This document shows positions 1-13,010 of a DNA stretch of 64,000 nt, piece by piece (the first letter of the stretch is position 1; each line of letters starts with the position of its first letter). The notes beneath the pieces were generated by a model. The model was not told the DNA's origin and did not search any database. It saw nothing but the letters and a program-made list of their open reading frames with translations. Made by a program: the position numbers and the translations under genes. Source of the DNA: Octopus vulgaris (taxonomy: Eukaryota). The stretch lies in NCBI GenBank assembly GCA_951406725.2, contig OX597823.1:46128001-46192000 (forward strand), in the 5' to 3' direction.

Positions 1-1549
1 AGTGAACACATAGAGAGATGTGCAGGTAATATCCATCCCAAACTTCTAAGTTATCCATTACCAGTGTAAAGATAAAATTTCTGTACAAGAACGTTTAAAT
101 GAAAAAAATACAGAACATGACTAAATATGAATGCATAACCAACTTTAATCTCAGTATATATTTTAATTCATGTTCACATACTTCACTGTAAATATTTCGT
201 CTCATAACTATAGCTTTTGAGTTTTTGTATATTTATTTCCCCGCTTTTCCAAAAAATTACCTCCCCATTTTCAGAATAATAACGATCAACAATTACCTCC
301 CCGTATATTTTTCTACCTGTTGATTAATTTCATTCACAAACCCCAATAAACTATATTCATTTGCGTATTTGTTTGACGAATATATTTTCACTCTGAGAGC
401 TGTGTCACGTATATAACAACGTGAATATAGGGCAATAAGGTGTTTGGCTCTTGAAGTCGTGGTTTGGTCAGAGAATAAAGTTAGCTTATAACTAATATTT
501 CTTTAACTAATCTACATCGCCGTATCTATCCCTATCGCTTTAAATATGATTTTGTAATCAAGGGAAATAATAAAATCCAATTTGGAAATTCAATTTGTAA
601 TTTGGAAATAAGCACCTAAGGTCAGTGGATAATCACAGTAGATTATCACATGTTTTTAAAAAGGGTATTAGCTACATCACATTTCCTGACATTCTAACAG
701 CACCCAAATATTAGCCACACATTTAGGTCTACAGACCATTCAGTTTGCTTTCCTTGCTCTAAACAGAAAGCACTATATGTAATATTTCATAAAAAGGTTG
801 CCGCCCCGAAAGGCATGAGCGTATTCTGAAGTTGATTCGGTATAAAAATGAAGCTTCAAGCTTATATCACAGATATTTATGAGAACCAAGAGTACTATAA
901 AAGTTAGTAAGATGGAATAAAAATGATATACGCTGCTAAATTTCCTTTAATTTATCCCGTCTTGAACATTTCTTTCTATTCTTTAGATCTGTAATGACTA
1001 AGTACCGATATATGCGTTTACTGTTTCAGTCATACTATAGGTAAATAAAACAATGGGCATTCTCTCTAAATATGTATATTAGATGGCGACAAAAGATACC
1101 TTTATTATGATGATTATGGTCAGCATTATCGTTTATAGTGCCTGTGCTTATTCCAGCTGCCGCTATTTCTGTTTAAATCCGTAATCAGTTTCGTTTCCTC
1201 ATTATTCAACATAAATATTTAGAGATTTTTATGCTTTTCCATCGTATGATATATTTCATTCCTGGAAAAAGACATTAAAATATGTATACTACATTTATTA
1301 GATAAATGCGAAGCATCTGTTACGTATTTCGTATTAATTTGTGATATCCAGATATCCCTCAGGGTAACGTTTAAATATTAAAAGAATAATTGAGAACACT
1401 GTAGTAAAAGTTTATCGTGTATATTTAGCCATTCTAATGAAAGAAGGAAAGTGATATTTAAAGAAGAACAAGCTGTAATTTCTTGGATATCAAACAAGCT
1501 CATAGAAACTATCTCGCTAATTCGTAATGCGTTTCCATGTCAAGAAATA

Positions 1550-2134
1550 AACAAGGAGAACTGGATAAAAAAGCAATCACGATGTTCTGGAGAGTGGAGT
1601 ATGTTCCTCGGTTAAGCAGACATGCTAAAACTGGAAAGATGTATCTGTTGGTTCGTGCCTCATTAATGGCGGACTTCTGCGTGTCTTAAAACTATTTTAT
1701 CCGGTATGATTTGGCTTTGCAGACATACAAGCATACATGGTGCAAGTCAACTTAAGACCGACTATTATCACTTCATAAACCTACTAAGTCCGTGCAAATG
1801 TTCTTTCCGTGAGTCCAAGAAGTTCTCGTACGAGCATTTGTTTTGAGTGGGTAAAAGTGTTGCACAGAACTGAACCTACGTTTCAGCGATTTCAGCAATA
1901 AAACCAGTGGGACAACAAAGTTTGAGACAACCGGAAACCAACTCCACACTGGGTTTTTCTATACGGGTTTAACTTCTCTTAGAAAGGAATTTTAATGAGA
2001 ACTAGGGTTACTAGGGTTTACATACAAACTAACCCACAGCTGGAAACTTGACAGGTGTTACTACTATGGGTCAAAATATAGCTGGGTACAATAGTGGTTA
2101 AGTGGTGATTCCACATTCATTAAAAGCCTGAAAC
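1550..2134 (+). mobile_element. Degenerate RTE-type LINE 3' end
   Basis: Frameshifted peptide KENWIKK...VE..PR...AKT(W)KDV resembles the RTE C-terminal VEGxRPRGRPxKTWxDV region; followed by a UTR-like stretch ending in a (TACA)n tail. Confidence 0.35.
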
Positions 2135-2335
2135 ATGCATACATATATGCATACATACATGCATACGTATTTACATACATTCATACATACGTTCGTATAT
2201 ACCTAAATACATATACAAATACATACGTACAAACACACATACATACAAACATACATGCAAGCACTCACACACACAGATACATACATGCACACGCATACAT
2301 ATATACGTACGTACGTATGTACATACATACATACA

Positions 2336-2369
<34 letters not shown>

Positions 2370-2372
2370 CAT
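2135..2372. repeat. (TACA)n/(CA)n compound microsatellite
   Basis: Directly visible tandem tetranucleotide repeats. Confidence 0.95.
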
Positions 2373-3161
2373 AGAGCCTAATAACAGAAATTTCCACCTA
2401 AAACTCTATGAATAAATATTGTGATAAATCAGCCCTCTATATATGAATGCTTATGTGTCAGAAAATGTCATTTAGATTAACAAATGCCCCATATTTTTCT
2501 CTCGAAATCGACTATAGGGATCCGGTCATTAATTTACTAAATTTTTCAAATTATTTAATTGCTAAGTATTCTTGTACACAAACACCAAAAACTTATACTC
2601 ACGCAATCTCTTTCTCTGACTTACACTCATCCAACACACACAAACACACACATAAACACAGTCACACATGTCTACATACATACACAAACGTGGGTTTCTG
2701 CAACTTTAGTTCAATACACACTTGAAACCGAAAAACTCACATCGACCAAATTAATCGTAAACTTGAATATTCACAAAATATAAATTTAAGGATATTGTAT
2801 ATGTGTGATTAAGTTGATATGTAAACATTCAGATACAGTTTTAGAAGATTATGTTTAATGGGCAACACGAATGGAGGGAACATAGATAGACTGTTTCTTT
2901 CTCTAAGGTGTATGCATCTTGGATGATAGTGTTATTCAGAGTAGAGATGACAAGAAACACCGGATGCTAATAGCTCGTTTGCATTTACCTCTTGCTTGGA
3001 AAAAAGATAGTGCACATCAATTTTCACAGCATTAAATGCCGCGTGATATTAATTTTTTTCCGAATAGATACTATTATTCGCATGGTTGTATCCTGTTAGG
3101 TAACAGATTTAAATATGTGTGCTCGTGTGTACACATATGTAGTGTATGTATATTATGTATA

Positions 3162-3163
<2 letters not shown>

Positions 3164-3256
<93 letters not shown>

Positions 3257-3292
3257 TACATATATATAAATTTATATATATATATATATATA
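3164..3292. repeat. (TA)n microsatellite
   Basis: Directly visible. Confidence 0.95.
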
Positions 3293-3294
3293 AA

Positions 3295-3497
3295 TGTGAC
3301 CGCGTGTGTACCGTTGGCGATTTTTTTCCTCCGTCTTCCCTTCTCTGGATCTTTCCTTTTCCTATGTTTCTGACGAAGAGCTCCGCTCGAAACGTTAGAC
3401 GCTCCTTCTTCCCATCCTTCCTGAGCGTCCAATAATGCTATATTTGTTCCACGTCCTCGCGTTGTTGTGTTTTCTCTTTGTGATTTCATGTTTGGAT

Positions 3498-3503
<6 letters not shown>
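3295..3503 (+). mobile_element. Short non-coding hammerhead-bearing element (Penelope pLTR-like or retrozyme-like) between (TA)n arrays
   Basis: About 210 bp pyrimidine-rich unit flanked by (TA)n on both sides, ending ...ATTAACTA, with a hammerhead core; similar architecture at 45100-45300. Confidence 0.6.
3366..3400 (+). ncRNA. Minimal type I hammerhead ribozyme motif
   Basis: GTTT (stem I) - CTGACGA - A - GAGC/TCC/GCTC (stem II) - GAAA - CGT - T (predicted cleavage site GUU) - AGAC (stem I partner, one G-U pair). Stem III is the palindrome ACGT, as in dimerising minimal hammerheads. Confidence 0.7.
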
Positions 3504-3589
<86 letters not shown>

Positions 3590-3686
3590 AATATATATTT
3601 ATATATAAATATAAATATATATTTATATATAAATATAAATATATATTTATATATAAATATAAATATATATTTATATATATATATAT
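3502..3686. repeat. (TA)n array with a 24-bp higher-order unit
   Basis: (TA)n followed by about three copies of TATATAAATATAAATATATATTTA. Confidence 0.9.
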
Positions 3687-3854
3687 GTAGTTATAGCAAG
3701 ACCTTTTGTTTTGGATGATAGGAATTGCATAGATCATTTAATGCACTGCTACATACGTTTGTACAAGGCCCATGCTTTAGCTCTTGTATTCCTCATCCAC
3801 AGAATAATATAAATATGATAGGAGCTTTTATACACACTTTACTTAAAGTATTTA

Positions 3855-3908
<54 letters not shown>

Positions 3909-3937
3909 TCCATTTAAGTGAAACGTTTTATGGTGCG

Positions 3938-3985
<48 letters not shown>

Positions 3986-4103
3986 AGTTCAGTAAAAATT
4001 TAGATTCAGTTGAATATGGTACTCGAGTTAAAGGCACCAGAATTTGGTATCATCCATATAATTCAAAATAAGCAACAAGGATATCCTTCTTGCTTATTTT
4101 GAT

Positions 4104-4138
<35 letters not shown>

Positions 4139-4504
4139 TTACATCACATTATATTGCACGACCAGGAACGAGCTTTTGAATCTCCATCTGCATTTCTGTG
4201 TTTTCAAAATGAGAACTGCGATGACAGCTGTGGTAGTTTTCATGATTTTCCGTCAGCTCTACATTTCAAATCAGGCCGCAGTTTGCTTTAGTCATCTTCG
4301 GTCTTTTTCCCTTAGATTGTCTGTAAGGAAACCGTACTAATAGCAGTTAAATAGCGTATTTAGTCCACTATGAAACTGAAACATAGATTGAAATTATGCA
4401 AAATTTTATCCACGAAAATATTTATAACACTTTCTACCATAGCCTGAAATTTAAAGGAGAGGGTTTTTATGTTCACCTGGTACTTGTTTCATTTCTACTA
4501 CGGA

Positions 4505-4597
4505 GCACCTTGGGTAAATCTCTTCTGCTGTAGCCTCAGGTCGACAAAAGCCTTGTGAGTGGATTTGGTAGACGCAATCTGAAAGAAGCGCGACGAC
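4505..4597 (+). mobile_element. Fragment of SINE family A
   Basis: GCACCTTGGGTAAAT...GCCTTGTGAGTGGATTTGGTAGACG...GAAAGAAGC matches the body of the full copies at 18936 and 27010. Confidence 0.8.
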
Positions 4598-4624
4598 CGT
4601 AAAAGAATAAAAGAAATGGTTATC

Positions 4625-5815
4625 CACTAGTACAGCTTCCTAATCAACTTAGCAGGTGAACATGAAAAATATTGTAATTTCATACTACTCACAAAATCTC
4701 GAGAAATTTGTTTCCAGGAAACAGTCGAACTACTATCAAAAATATTCAGTGATAAGAGTTCCCTAGTTAACACTTAATGGGAGTGTTGGAATCTAGTTAA
4801 AAGAGAGGATGAAAACTTTGTCACGTGACCATAAACCGAATGTGCATAAGGTTTAAACTAAAGGAACTAACCCCTGATTTGCTTAAATGCCTCATATCTT
4901 GTACAACAAGATAACTGCAAGCGTTCTTACAAAACTTAAACAAGTGGACCAAAGTCTAACCCTGCAGACAGTTGAAAGGGTAAACTTACGTCAGGACATA
5001 TACAAAATTGAAGTGAAGGAGATCTTACAAGTACAATCGAACCGAACGGGAAGGTATTATCAAAAAATGTTAAGACTAAACTCATGCAACGGATGTGGAG
5101 TCCTACATTTCAGAAAGGATTGTCCTTTCAAAATGCAAAAATGTTACAGCTGCTAAAAGCTAGGACAGAAGAGCTCACATTGCAGAGCAAAGTTAGGAAG
5201 GTCGAACATAAAAATAAAAAAAAATTTTCTCAATGTAAAGTAGAAGCGACATCAAAAAGAAGGAAATTTGTACTTGTAAAAGTAAACGAAGTAAATATTA
5301 GATTACAACTAAATACTGTTAGCGACATTTCGATTATTAATACTGACACGTGAATACGAATTAAGAAACCTATGTTAAGAAAAACATCAAAAATTGTACG
5401 AGGCGTGACAGGTAAGCGAAATGTAGAATGATATCACATTTCGGAAAAAAACCTGTGGAGCAAAATGCAACCAATCTGTTCAGTACGGACTGATTAGAGT
5501 TGACTGACTTATTGGACACTTCACCATAAGTCTGGTCCGTAAAAAATAAATAGGTGTCCCACCAGTGAAATTAACACAGCAGCTGAATTGAAGAAAAATT
5601 TTGAAAACGTTTCGTGAAGTACTTTCGGATAAATTAGTTCTCTGTTCTAAGACTGAGGCCTGTTTTCAAATAAAGGAAAACGTCGTACCTGTATTCAAAC
5701 CGAATAGAAAGGTACAATTTGCTGCGATAAACGAGGTAGAGGAAGAAATAGACAGACTGGAGAAATTGCGAATTATCCAAAATGTAGATTATTCTAAGTG
5801 GATAGCGCCAACTCC
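4625..5815 (+). mobile_element. Degenerate Ty3/gypsy LTR retrotransposon gag-pol fragment
   Basis: In order: gag-like ETVELLSKIFSDKSSL; zinc knuckles CNGCGVLHFRKDCPFKMQKCYSC; protease-like LQLNTVSDISII (DTG decayed); RT start PVFKPNRKVQFAAINEVEEEIDRLEKLRIIQNVDYSKWIAP. Multiple stops and frameshifts. Confidence 0.85.
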
Positions 5816-7564
5816 ATTTAAAGTAACATCGCAGTAGTAATATAAGCTTTTGAATAGCACTATTTTCTACAATTCTAAAGTTGAGTGCAGCATGGGCGAA
5901 TTTGTATGAGGTTTGGAATAAAAGGAAAAGGAAAAAAAGCAATCCAGGAAATAAATGTTAAGCAAGCAATACATTTTCCTCTCCTGCTTTTCTCTACGCA
6001 GCCATTATTTTTATTTGTATCTATAATATTAATTTGAAAGAATAAAAAAAAATCGGGTGTTTCGTTTCTTCTACTAATCTAATCTCCCATATTATGTTAC
6101 TGATATTTATTTTCTTAACCTTAGTGGGAGATAAGGCAAATATAGCTCTCTAGATTTACACTTAACAACATGCCTGTTAAGAGTAAAAGTAAATTATAAA
6201 TCTCTTAATTCGTCGCTCTTTTATGTCAGCCATTTTTACTAAGCGTTTTGATAAACAAATATTCCTGACTGACGCAACCTTTTACTGGTTACCTTTATCT
6301 TTCATTAGACTTAATCACCTATAATAGGCAGTGGCGCTCTTTTAGTAGAATATATTAGCAAATACTCAATCCAAAATCATTTGCATTTCTTTCATCCTGA
6401 CTTCATGGTAGTAGCTGGTGATAGATATGTTCGCCTTTTGTTTTATATCCTAATATATTTAACGATAGTATCGCTGGTTACAAGTTTCTAACAAGTCAAT
6501 CACTGGTTAACAGTATTTATGATGACTTTGACTTTCAAATCTCTTATAAAACTAACATTAATGCATAGTGAGATAGAGATTTCTTTGAATGGATTGTTGA
6601 TTTTTCGATGTTCCTAAACAAAAACAAACACATTCGTCTACATGGCTATTTGGTTCAGATTCTACTTGTCGGAAACAATTTTTGAGCGTCGCTATTTCCT
6701 GTATCAAAATTTGTTGCTGTCTTGTTCCGACTTATGCGTTGGAAATGCTTTTATTCCCACCTGCCATCATTGTATATACAATTTCAAATTTAAGTGACAA
6801 TGTATAATTACATCGACATCTATTATTTACCAAGTTTTTATCGCCTCTATATTATTCAAAGTCATAATATAATCAACAAACCGACAATGCAAACCTATAA
6901 ATTCATATCATTTTGATATAATTAACAACATATTATTCAGTTTATATGTCAACTTTCTTATACTATTTCTAACAAGAATTGAGCGAAAATAATTATTCAT
7001 TCTATGATGAAAAATAATCAGGCATTTTGTCGATCGATCTCGATTTCAGAGCAAAATGCCTTAGACTATGTTTTATAAAAGAATAAATGCATTTTGTAAT
7101 TTCAGTGCACAACGAATACAGTACTGAAGAAAATAAACAGAATACTATGAATTAATGACAGAAGTTTAAAAATATATTCTAAAATTTATGATTTATTTGC
7201 AATTAATTTGAGAGAAAGAATATTTAAAAAAAATATGTCTATATGCCGTGGAAGAGTATTGACACTGATTTAAATATTGTAGAAAAATAATAATGTATAA
7301 GCAGTCTCTCAAAATAAATTATTATAACTCAAAACGTAATTTATATTGTTCGTTTATATGATTATGAGATATTTTAGCACAGAGTCTTGTAGATATAGCA
7401 TTTGTTTCATTACCAATAATTTTGGTGGTAAATGAAGCGTCCCGTGTGTGGAATTATATGTTATATCTGTTAAGCTGAAATTAAATGAGGAGAGTTTTAC
7501 GAGAATATTCAGCATTTGTAAGTCAATGAAGAAAGGTGTTATTGTGCGAAGTTCAATATACTGG

Positions 7565-7777
7565 TTCCAAATATTGGCACAAGATCAGCAATTTCGGAGT
7601 GGGGAGTTAAGTCGATTACAACGAGCCTAGTGCTCAACTGGTACTTATTTTATCAACCCAAAAGAATGAAAAGCAAAGTCGACCTCGGTGGAATTTGAAC
7701 TCAGAACACAAAGACGGACGAAATGCCGCTAAGCCTTTTTTTCCAGCGTACTAACAATTCTGCCCTTTCCTCGCCTT
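7565..7777 (-). mobile_element. tRNA-derived SINE family B
   Basis: Minus strand carries B box GAGTTCAAATTCC and the shared central block; flanked by TSD GAAGTTCAATATA at 7548-7560 and 7783-7795. Confidence 0.85.
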
Positions 7778-8303
7778 ATATTGAAGTTCAATATATTGGC
7801 ATTGTTGTATAGGATCATCCTCGGGATGTTCGAGTAATTAGCTTCATTTTAACTTTTTGAACTATTCAAAAATGAGATAACGGAAACTTTAAGGAATACA
7901 TGTCTGATTAACATTAGTTGATATCATTTGTTAATTACAAACAAAACGATGACTTCGCAATGGCGATATTATCCCACCTCTGGTGCGGTCTACACACATA
8001 CCAAACTGAGATTCTGTGTACGTCTTTAAAACTTCTGAAGGAGTAAATTTAGCTCTTAAATATCAAACACAGCACTGCAATTCAACCTAAAGTATGTAAC
8101 ATATTTAATGATTAAAGATAGACTTTCATTTGCTTAGTTGAAATATTCTGCTTTTGATTGAATATAAGTTACAGGAAAGATCGAGTGTTGAGAATTTGAA
8201 TCCACAAAAAAATATTTTCTAAACGGGAATAGTATTATTGTAAAAGCGTAGAATTCCACATAAATTACAGTTTTATTGTTTGTCTTACATTGAGAAATAT
8301 TAC

Positions 8304-8495
8304 CTCAGTTGAAATAATTTGAAATAAATCATTTCTAAAGATTCCCATAATATTACATGACAGAGCGACTGTTCTTGAGTTCAAATCAACTGCTGACGTG
8401 TCTGTGATTGAGTTAACTGCTGATGTGTCTGTGATTGAGTCATTACATTTCACTTGTCTCATTTCACTGAGCTGACGAAATTCGTCTTGTAAGAT
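8304..8495 (-). CDS. Candidate internal coding exon of an unknown host gene or pseudogene
   Basis: Acceptor cttccag|ATC, donor GAG|gtaata, 192 nt open, phase 0-0: ILQDEFRQLSEMRQVKCNDSITDTSAVNSITDTSAVDLNSRTVALSCNIMGIFRNDLFQIISTE. Contains an in-frame 27-bp duplication. No homology recognised. Confidence 0.35.
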
Positions 8496-8904
8496 CTGGA
8501 AGATTGCTAAAGAGATTCTTATTTGAAGTACTTTGAAAAAAAGTCAAAGAACATTAACCATGAAATATAACAATATAACGCTAAAACAAATTTCAGCTTT
8601 AAATTGTAGTGTTAAAACATAATTTGCAGCAACAACTTTTCACTTAAATTTTAGGTGAAAATAATAATTTTTGCAATACTGCTACATATAATGTCTGTAG
8701 ATGACTTTTTGCACATTCATGAGGTTGATAATTTCATTATTATGAAATATATTCTCTGTAAAAATAAATATAAAAATTTTCCATACCTGAAATTAGAGAC
8801 ATATATTGAAAGAAATCAATAATCTACTCTTTGATCTTGAGGTAATGCCTTTTTGGAAAGGAACAGACTACAGTAGGTTACATCAAGTGTAACATCGCAT
8901 GTAA

Positions 8905-9235
8905 AGGTGTGTGGTTCAGTAGTGAGAGCGTCGAGCTCACAATCATGAGTTAGCGAGTTCGCTTACCTGACCGTGTTGTGTGCTGTGTTCTTCAGCAAAA
9001 CACTTTTTTTTTTCATGTTGCTCCAGTTCACTCATCTGCAGAAATAAGTTGCGGTGCCAGTTGTGCCAAGCTGCATTGGTTTTTGCTTTTCTCTTGGACA
9101 ATATCGGTGGCGTAGAGTGGGGTGGTTATTCTGCATGGATGACTGCTGGTCTTCCATAAACAACCTTTCCCGGACTTGTTCCTCGGAGGGTTACTTTCTA
9201 GGTGAAATCTCATGGTCATTCATGACTGACCCTTT
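8905..9235 (+). mobile_element. Old tRNA-derived SINE (family D)
   Basis: Decayed A/B boxes (TGGTTCAGTAG...GAGTTCGCTTACC); flanked by TAACATC near 8890 and at 9241. Confidence 0.6.
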
Positions 9236-9554
9236 ATTTCTAACATCAACTCCAGTGGAACTACGTACAAAGTCAACAACATAATTTAGCTCTGAAATTT
9301 GAAGCGTAAACTGAGTGTGTGATCCATCTAAGCCCTGTCTACCGTTCTCGTTAAATATGTTAATAATGATATTGATTTCACCCTCAGACAAAAGTTTCCT
9401 TATTTAGAAGGGTCTCAACAGTTTCCTTATTGAGTGGATTCAAACAGGTTTCATGATCCAGAAGTATTTTTACTTCTAATTCAGAGACATGGTTTCAAAG
9501 GCACGTGACATTTCAGCTGTAAACGCAAGGAAAAACACGAGATACTAAATATCG

Positions 9555-9735
9555 GCTTCATATTTTGGCATAAGGCAGCAATTTCACGGGAGGGGTTAAG
9601 TCAATTACATAGACCCTAGCGGTCGACTGGTACTTATTTTCTCGACTTAAGAATGTCACCCTCAGGACGTAAAAGTGGACGAAATGCCGCTAAGCGCTTT
9701 CCTCGGCGTGCCCTCGATTCTGCTAGCTTGTTGCT
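9555..9735 (-). mobile_element. SINE family B, internally deleted
   Basis: TTTTGGCATAAGG...TTAAGTCAATTACAT...CTGGTACTTATTTT...GACGAAATGCCGCTAAGC matches other B copies. Confidence 0.75.
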
Positions 9736-9772
9736 CTCAGGATATTGAATATTAACAAATCAAGGACTTCAT

Positions 9773-10005
9773 TCTTTTATTCTTTTACTTCTTTTAGTCA
9801 TGTGATTGTAGCCATGCTGGAGCATCGCCTTGAAAGGCTTTAAGTCGAACAAGTCAACACTAGGACTTATATCTTAAGCATTGTACATATTCTGTCTGTC
9901 TCTTTTGCCAAAACGCTATGTTACTGGGATATAAATACACCAGCACCGGTTGTCAAGCGGGGATGAGGGGATAAAGACAAACACAAAGACATACACACAC
10001 ACACA
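9773..10005 (-). mobile_element. SINE family A, 3' half
   Basis: TCTTTTACTT...GCCATGCTGGAGCA...CCGGTTGTCAAGCG followed by (CA)n. Confidence 0.8.
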
Positions 10006-11951
10006 AATTTCAGAGCTGGAAAGCAGATATGATAACTAGGTTCATTGAAATATTCTTCTAAGCGCAGGCTTATATTTCACAAATAAAACTGCCAATGTTT
10101 CAAATTTCCGACAATGTGTTGCCTCTGCTAAAAGTTCGCCACAGCTTTTAAATAATCTTCTTTCGAAGAGAACCTTTTTGCATCGGCAAATTTCTGAAAG
10201 AAAGTAAGGAAAATAAATTGAGCCTGTAAACTTTTTTGCAGCCATCGAATTTGGGCTATGACGTTCTAGTTGCGAGAGATGCAATTTTTCCACGAAAAGC
10301 ATACAGATGCTATGCAAATGGGACGTGCGAACCAGTGGTAGATGTATAAGGAAAATATAACTGCATTTACTCATACCACAAGTCGAAAACGGTGCAACTA
10401 GTGTTGCTCGGTAGAGTGTCTTAGAAAGAGTGCAGTGCAGTCGTTAGTTGCACTTATTAATATGACGTACTAAATCATATTCTGTTGGAGTTGAATAAAT
10501 ACTAGTCAAACACTGGGGTCGATGAATTACTGGTATATTAGAAAATTCAAACATGCTGTTTAAGTATTAATTAATATTTAAAATATTGAAATTACTCAAA
10601 CACTTGCGGTGGATGTCGCGACAATTCCAAAAAGAACAGAATTTCAAGTGGTTCCATTACCGAAAATAATTTACAATGTCACTTTGAATAGGCGCAACAG
10701 TTTGTGACATAAGTGCAACTTTTGAAATATAGATATAGCATGTCGGCCAGATTTCACAAAATTCCATCTACTCCATTTGACAATATGGTTCGATTCGCCA
10801 TCAAGCTTTAGTAGAGGACACTTCTTTAAGTGTCATAATTATGAAGCAGGTTTTTTAATTCTTGGATCATGATTCGAGAATTATATTATACCAGAATATT
10901 TTGCTTTTATTTTTGGATTATCTCGAAGAACACACATAAAGCTATGAAGAATAGCATGTAAAATATTAGGCTGAAAAATATTATATATATATATATATTG
11001 CAATACTAAATTGTATAATTTAGATATGGTTTGAAGATCAACATGGCTACATCCCACTATCCACTATCACACACTACCACATTGTATAGTAGACTACAAA
11101 ACTTCTCTATAAAACACAGTTGTGCTATATTTTATTGTGCCACATACTACCAGTTGAAAATTAGCTAAAGTGCAGTACATTATTTCAAATGCTGCATACC
11201 CTTCTACTCGGTAGTTTTGTTCTTTTATGCAATACATTGGTAGGCGATTGTACATCACATTTAGTATCATAGTCGCCAATTTACGCAAAAAATTATAAAC
11301 ACTAACGCATATACATACACGCATACGACTCTAAATACATATATGCATAAAACATATACACACACCATAATTGCAATTCATAGCTTTGTTTAAAATTATA
11401 TATTTAGTACTAATGATAACAACAGTACTTTCACACTCAACACACATGCATATACAGACACACATGTACATACAGACACAAAAATACACATGTATATAAA
11501 AGTGTGCGCATGTGTGAGTATAAGTGCATGTATTGCTCACTAGCCAAATTTACCCGACTAGTTGCACTAGTAGAGCTAGTTTCACTTATACTAACTACAC
11601 TGTAGAGCTGGTTTCACTATACTACACGTTTCCAGCACGATAACGCTAGGTAGGAGGACTTGTTTTTCATGCCTACGTAGTTGCATCGGCTAATGCTACA
11701 TCTACAGGGTACGACGACTACTGCTGTACGCAAATACCCGGTAGCAATGGTATTGCTAGCACACTAACTGTTACAGTTGTTGCTGCTTGCTGCTAGCTGT
11801 TCTGAGTGCAGCTGACTCCAATCAACCTTTCTCTTCCCAACCATTATACCATTTACCATTTACCTTCCAACCGCCAAGCCACCCCACACCAAACCCACTT
11901 CCTACTCCTTCATATTTTCTTCATATTTTTTCTTCTTCTTTTTCATTGTTC

Positions 11952-11952
<1 letters not shown>

Positions 11953-12015
<63 letters not shown>

Positions 12016-12028
12016 CACTACTACTGCT
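11953..12028. repeat. (CTA)n(CCA)n microsatellite
   Basis: Directly visible. Confidence 0.95.
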
Positions 12029-12207
12029 GTTGCGAAGACTAGTGTTGCTGCTAGTGTGACTGCTTGCTACCGCAACGTGCATGAAAGCAGAAAAGAAAGG
12101 GAATCTATCGGATATTCTCAACAACAAGCATCGGGTTACGGATACACTTCTGGATCAGTTGGTGCGTTATGAACCGCTGCTGTATCTAGCAGCAAGTACG
12201 CCTGCTC

Positions 12208-12340
12208 ATTATGTATCTATGTCAGTGTACCATGTATATGTGCGTGTATATATATGTATACGCCATGTTATATATATATGTATATATATATATGTGTGTG
12301 TGTGTGTGTACATACATACATACATATATATATAATATAT

Positions 12341-12375
<35 letters not shown>

Positions 12376-12735
12376 GCATATATATATACATGCATATATA
12401 TATATATACATACATATGCATTTAGATATACATACACACATACATATATATATATATACATATGTGTGTGTACATGTGCATCTGCGTGTATGTGTATATA
12501 TATATACACATCACATACACATATATGCATATTTGCTTGCGTATATACGAAATAATTATGAGTGCGTATATATACATATATATATATATATAAATATTTG
12601 AATAAATATATATGCATATATATATATACATATATGTATGTACATGTATGTATATATATATATATATATATATATACATAAATATATTCATTTATTTACA
12701 TATGTATCTGTATATATAAAGATATGTATATGTAT

Positions 12736-12774
<39 letters not shown>

Positions 12775-12790
12775 TATGCGTGTGTGTGCG

Positions 12791-12822
<32 letters not shown>

Positions 12823-12890
12823 TACGTAAATACACACACTGACACACGCACATGTACATATTCATACATACATACACACACACACACATG

Positions 12891-12951
<61 letters not shown>

Positions 12952-13010
12952 CGTACATGTGCGTGTCTCTGTGTGAGGGTTTATGTATATATGTGCGTGT
13001 GTGTGTCTGT
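12208..13010. repeat. Long compound TA/CA/TG microsatellite field
   Basis: About 800 bp of degenerate dinucleotide repeats. Confidence 0.95.

Noticed and set aside
2001-2020. ACTAGGGTT x2, telomere-like
   Set aside because: Only two imperfect units, inside a probable LINE UTR.
10042-10374. Possible mariner transposase C-terminus (HSPNS...YFP...KKVLFERRLFKS)
   Set aside because: Catalytic motif not recognisable and no TIR found; too weak to list as a feature.
11566-11625. Two ~30-bp direct repeats (GTAGAGCT.GTTTCACT)
   Set aside because: Simple local duplication with two units only; not CRISPR-like.
12081-12210. ORF start MKAEKKGNLSDILNNKHRV...
   Set aside because: No recognisable homology or splice signals; it runs into a microsatellite.
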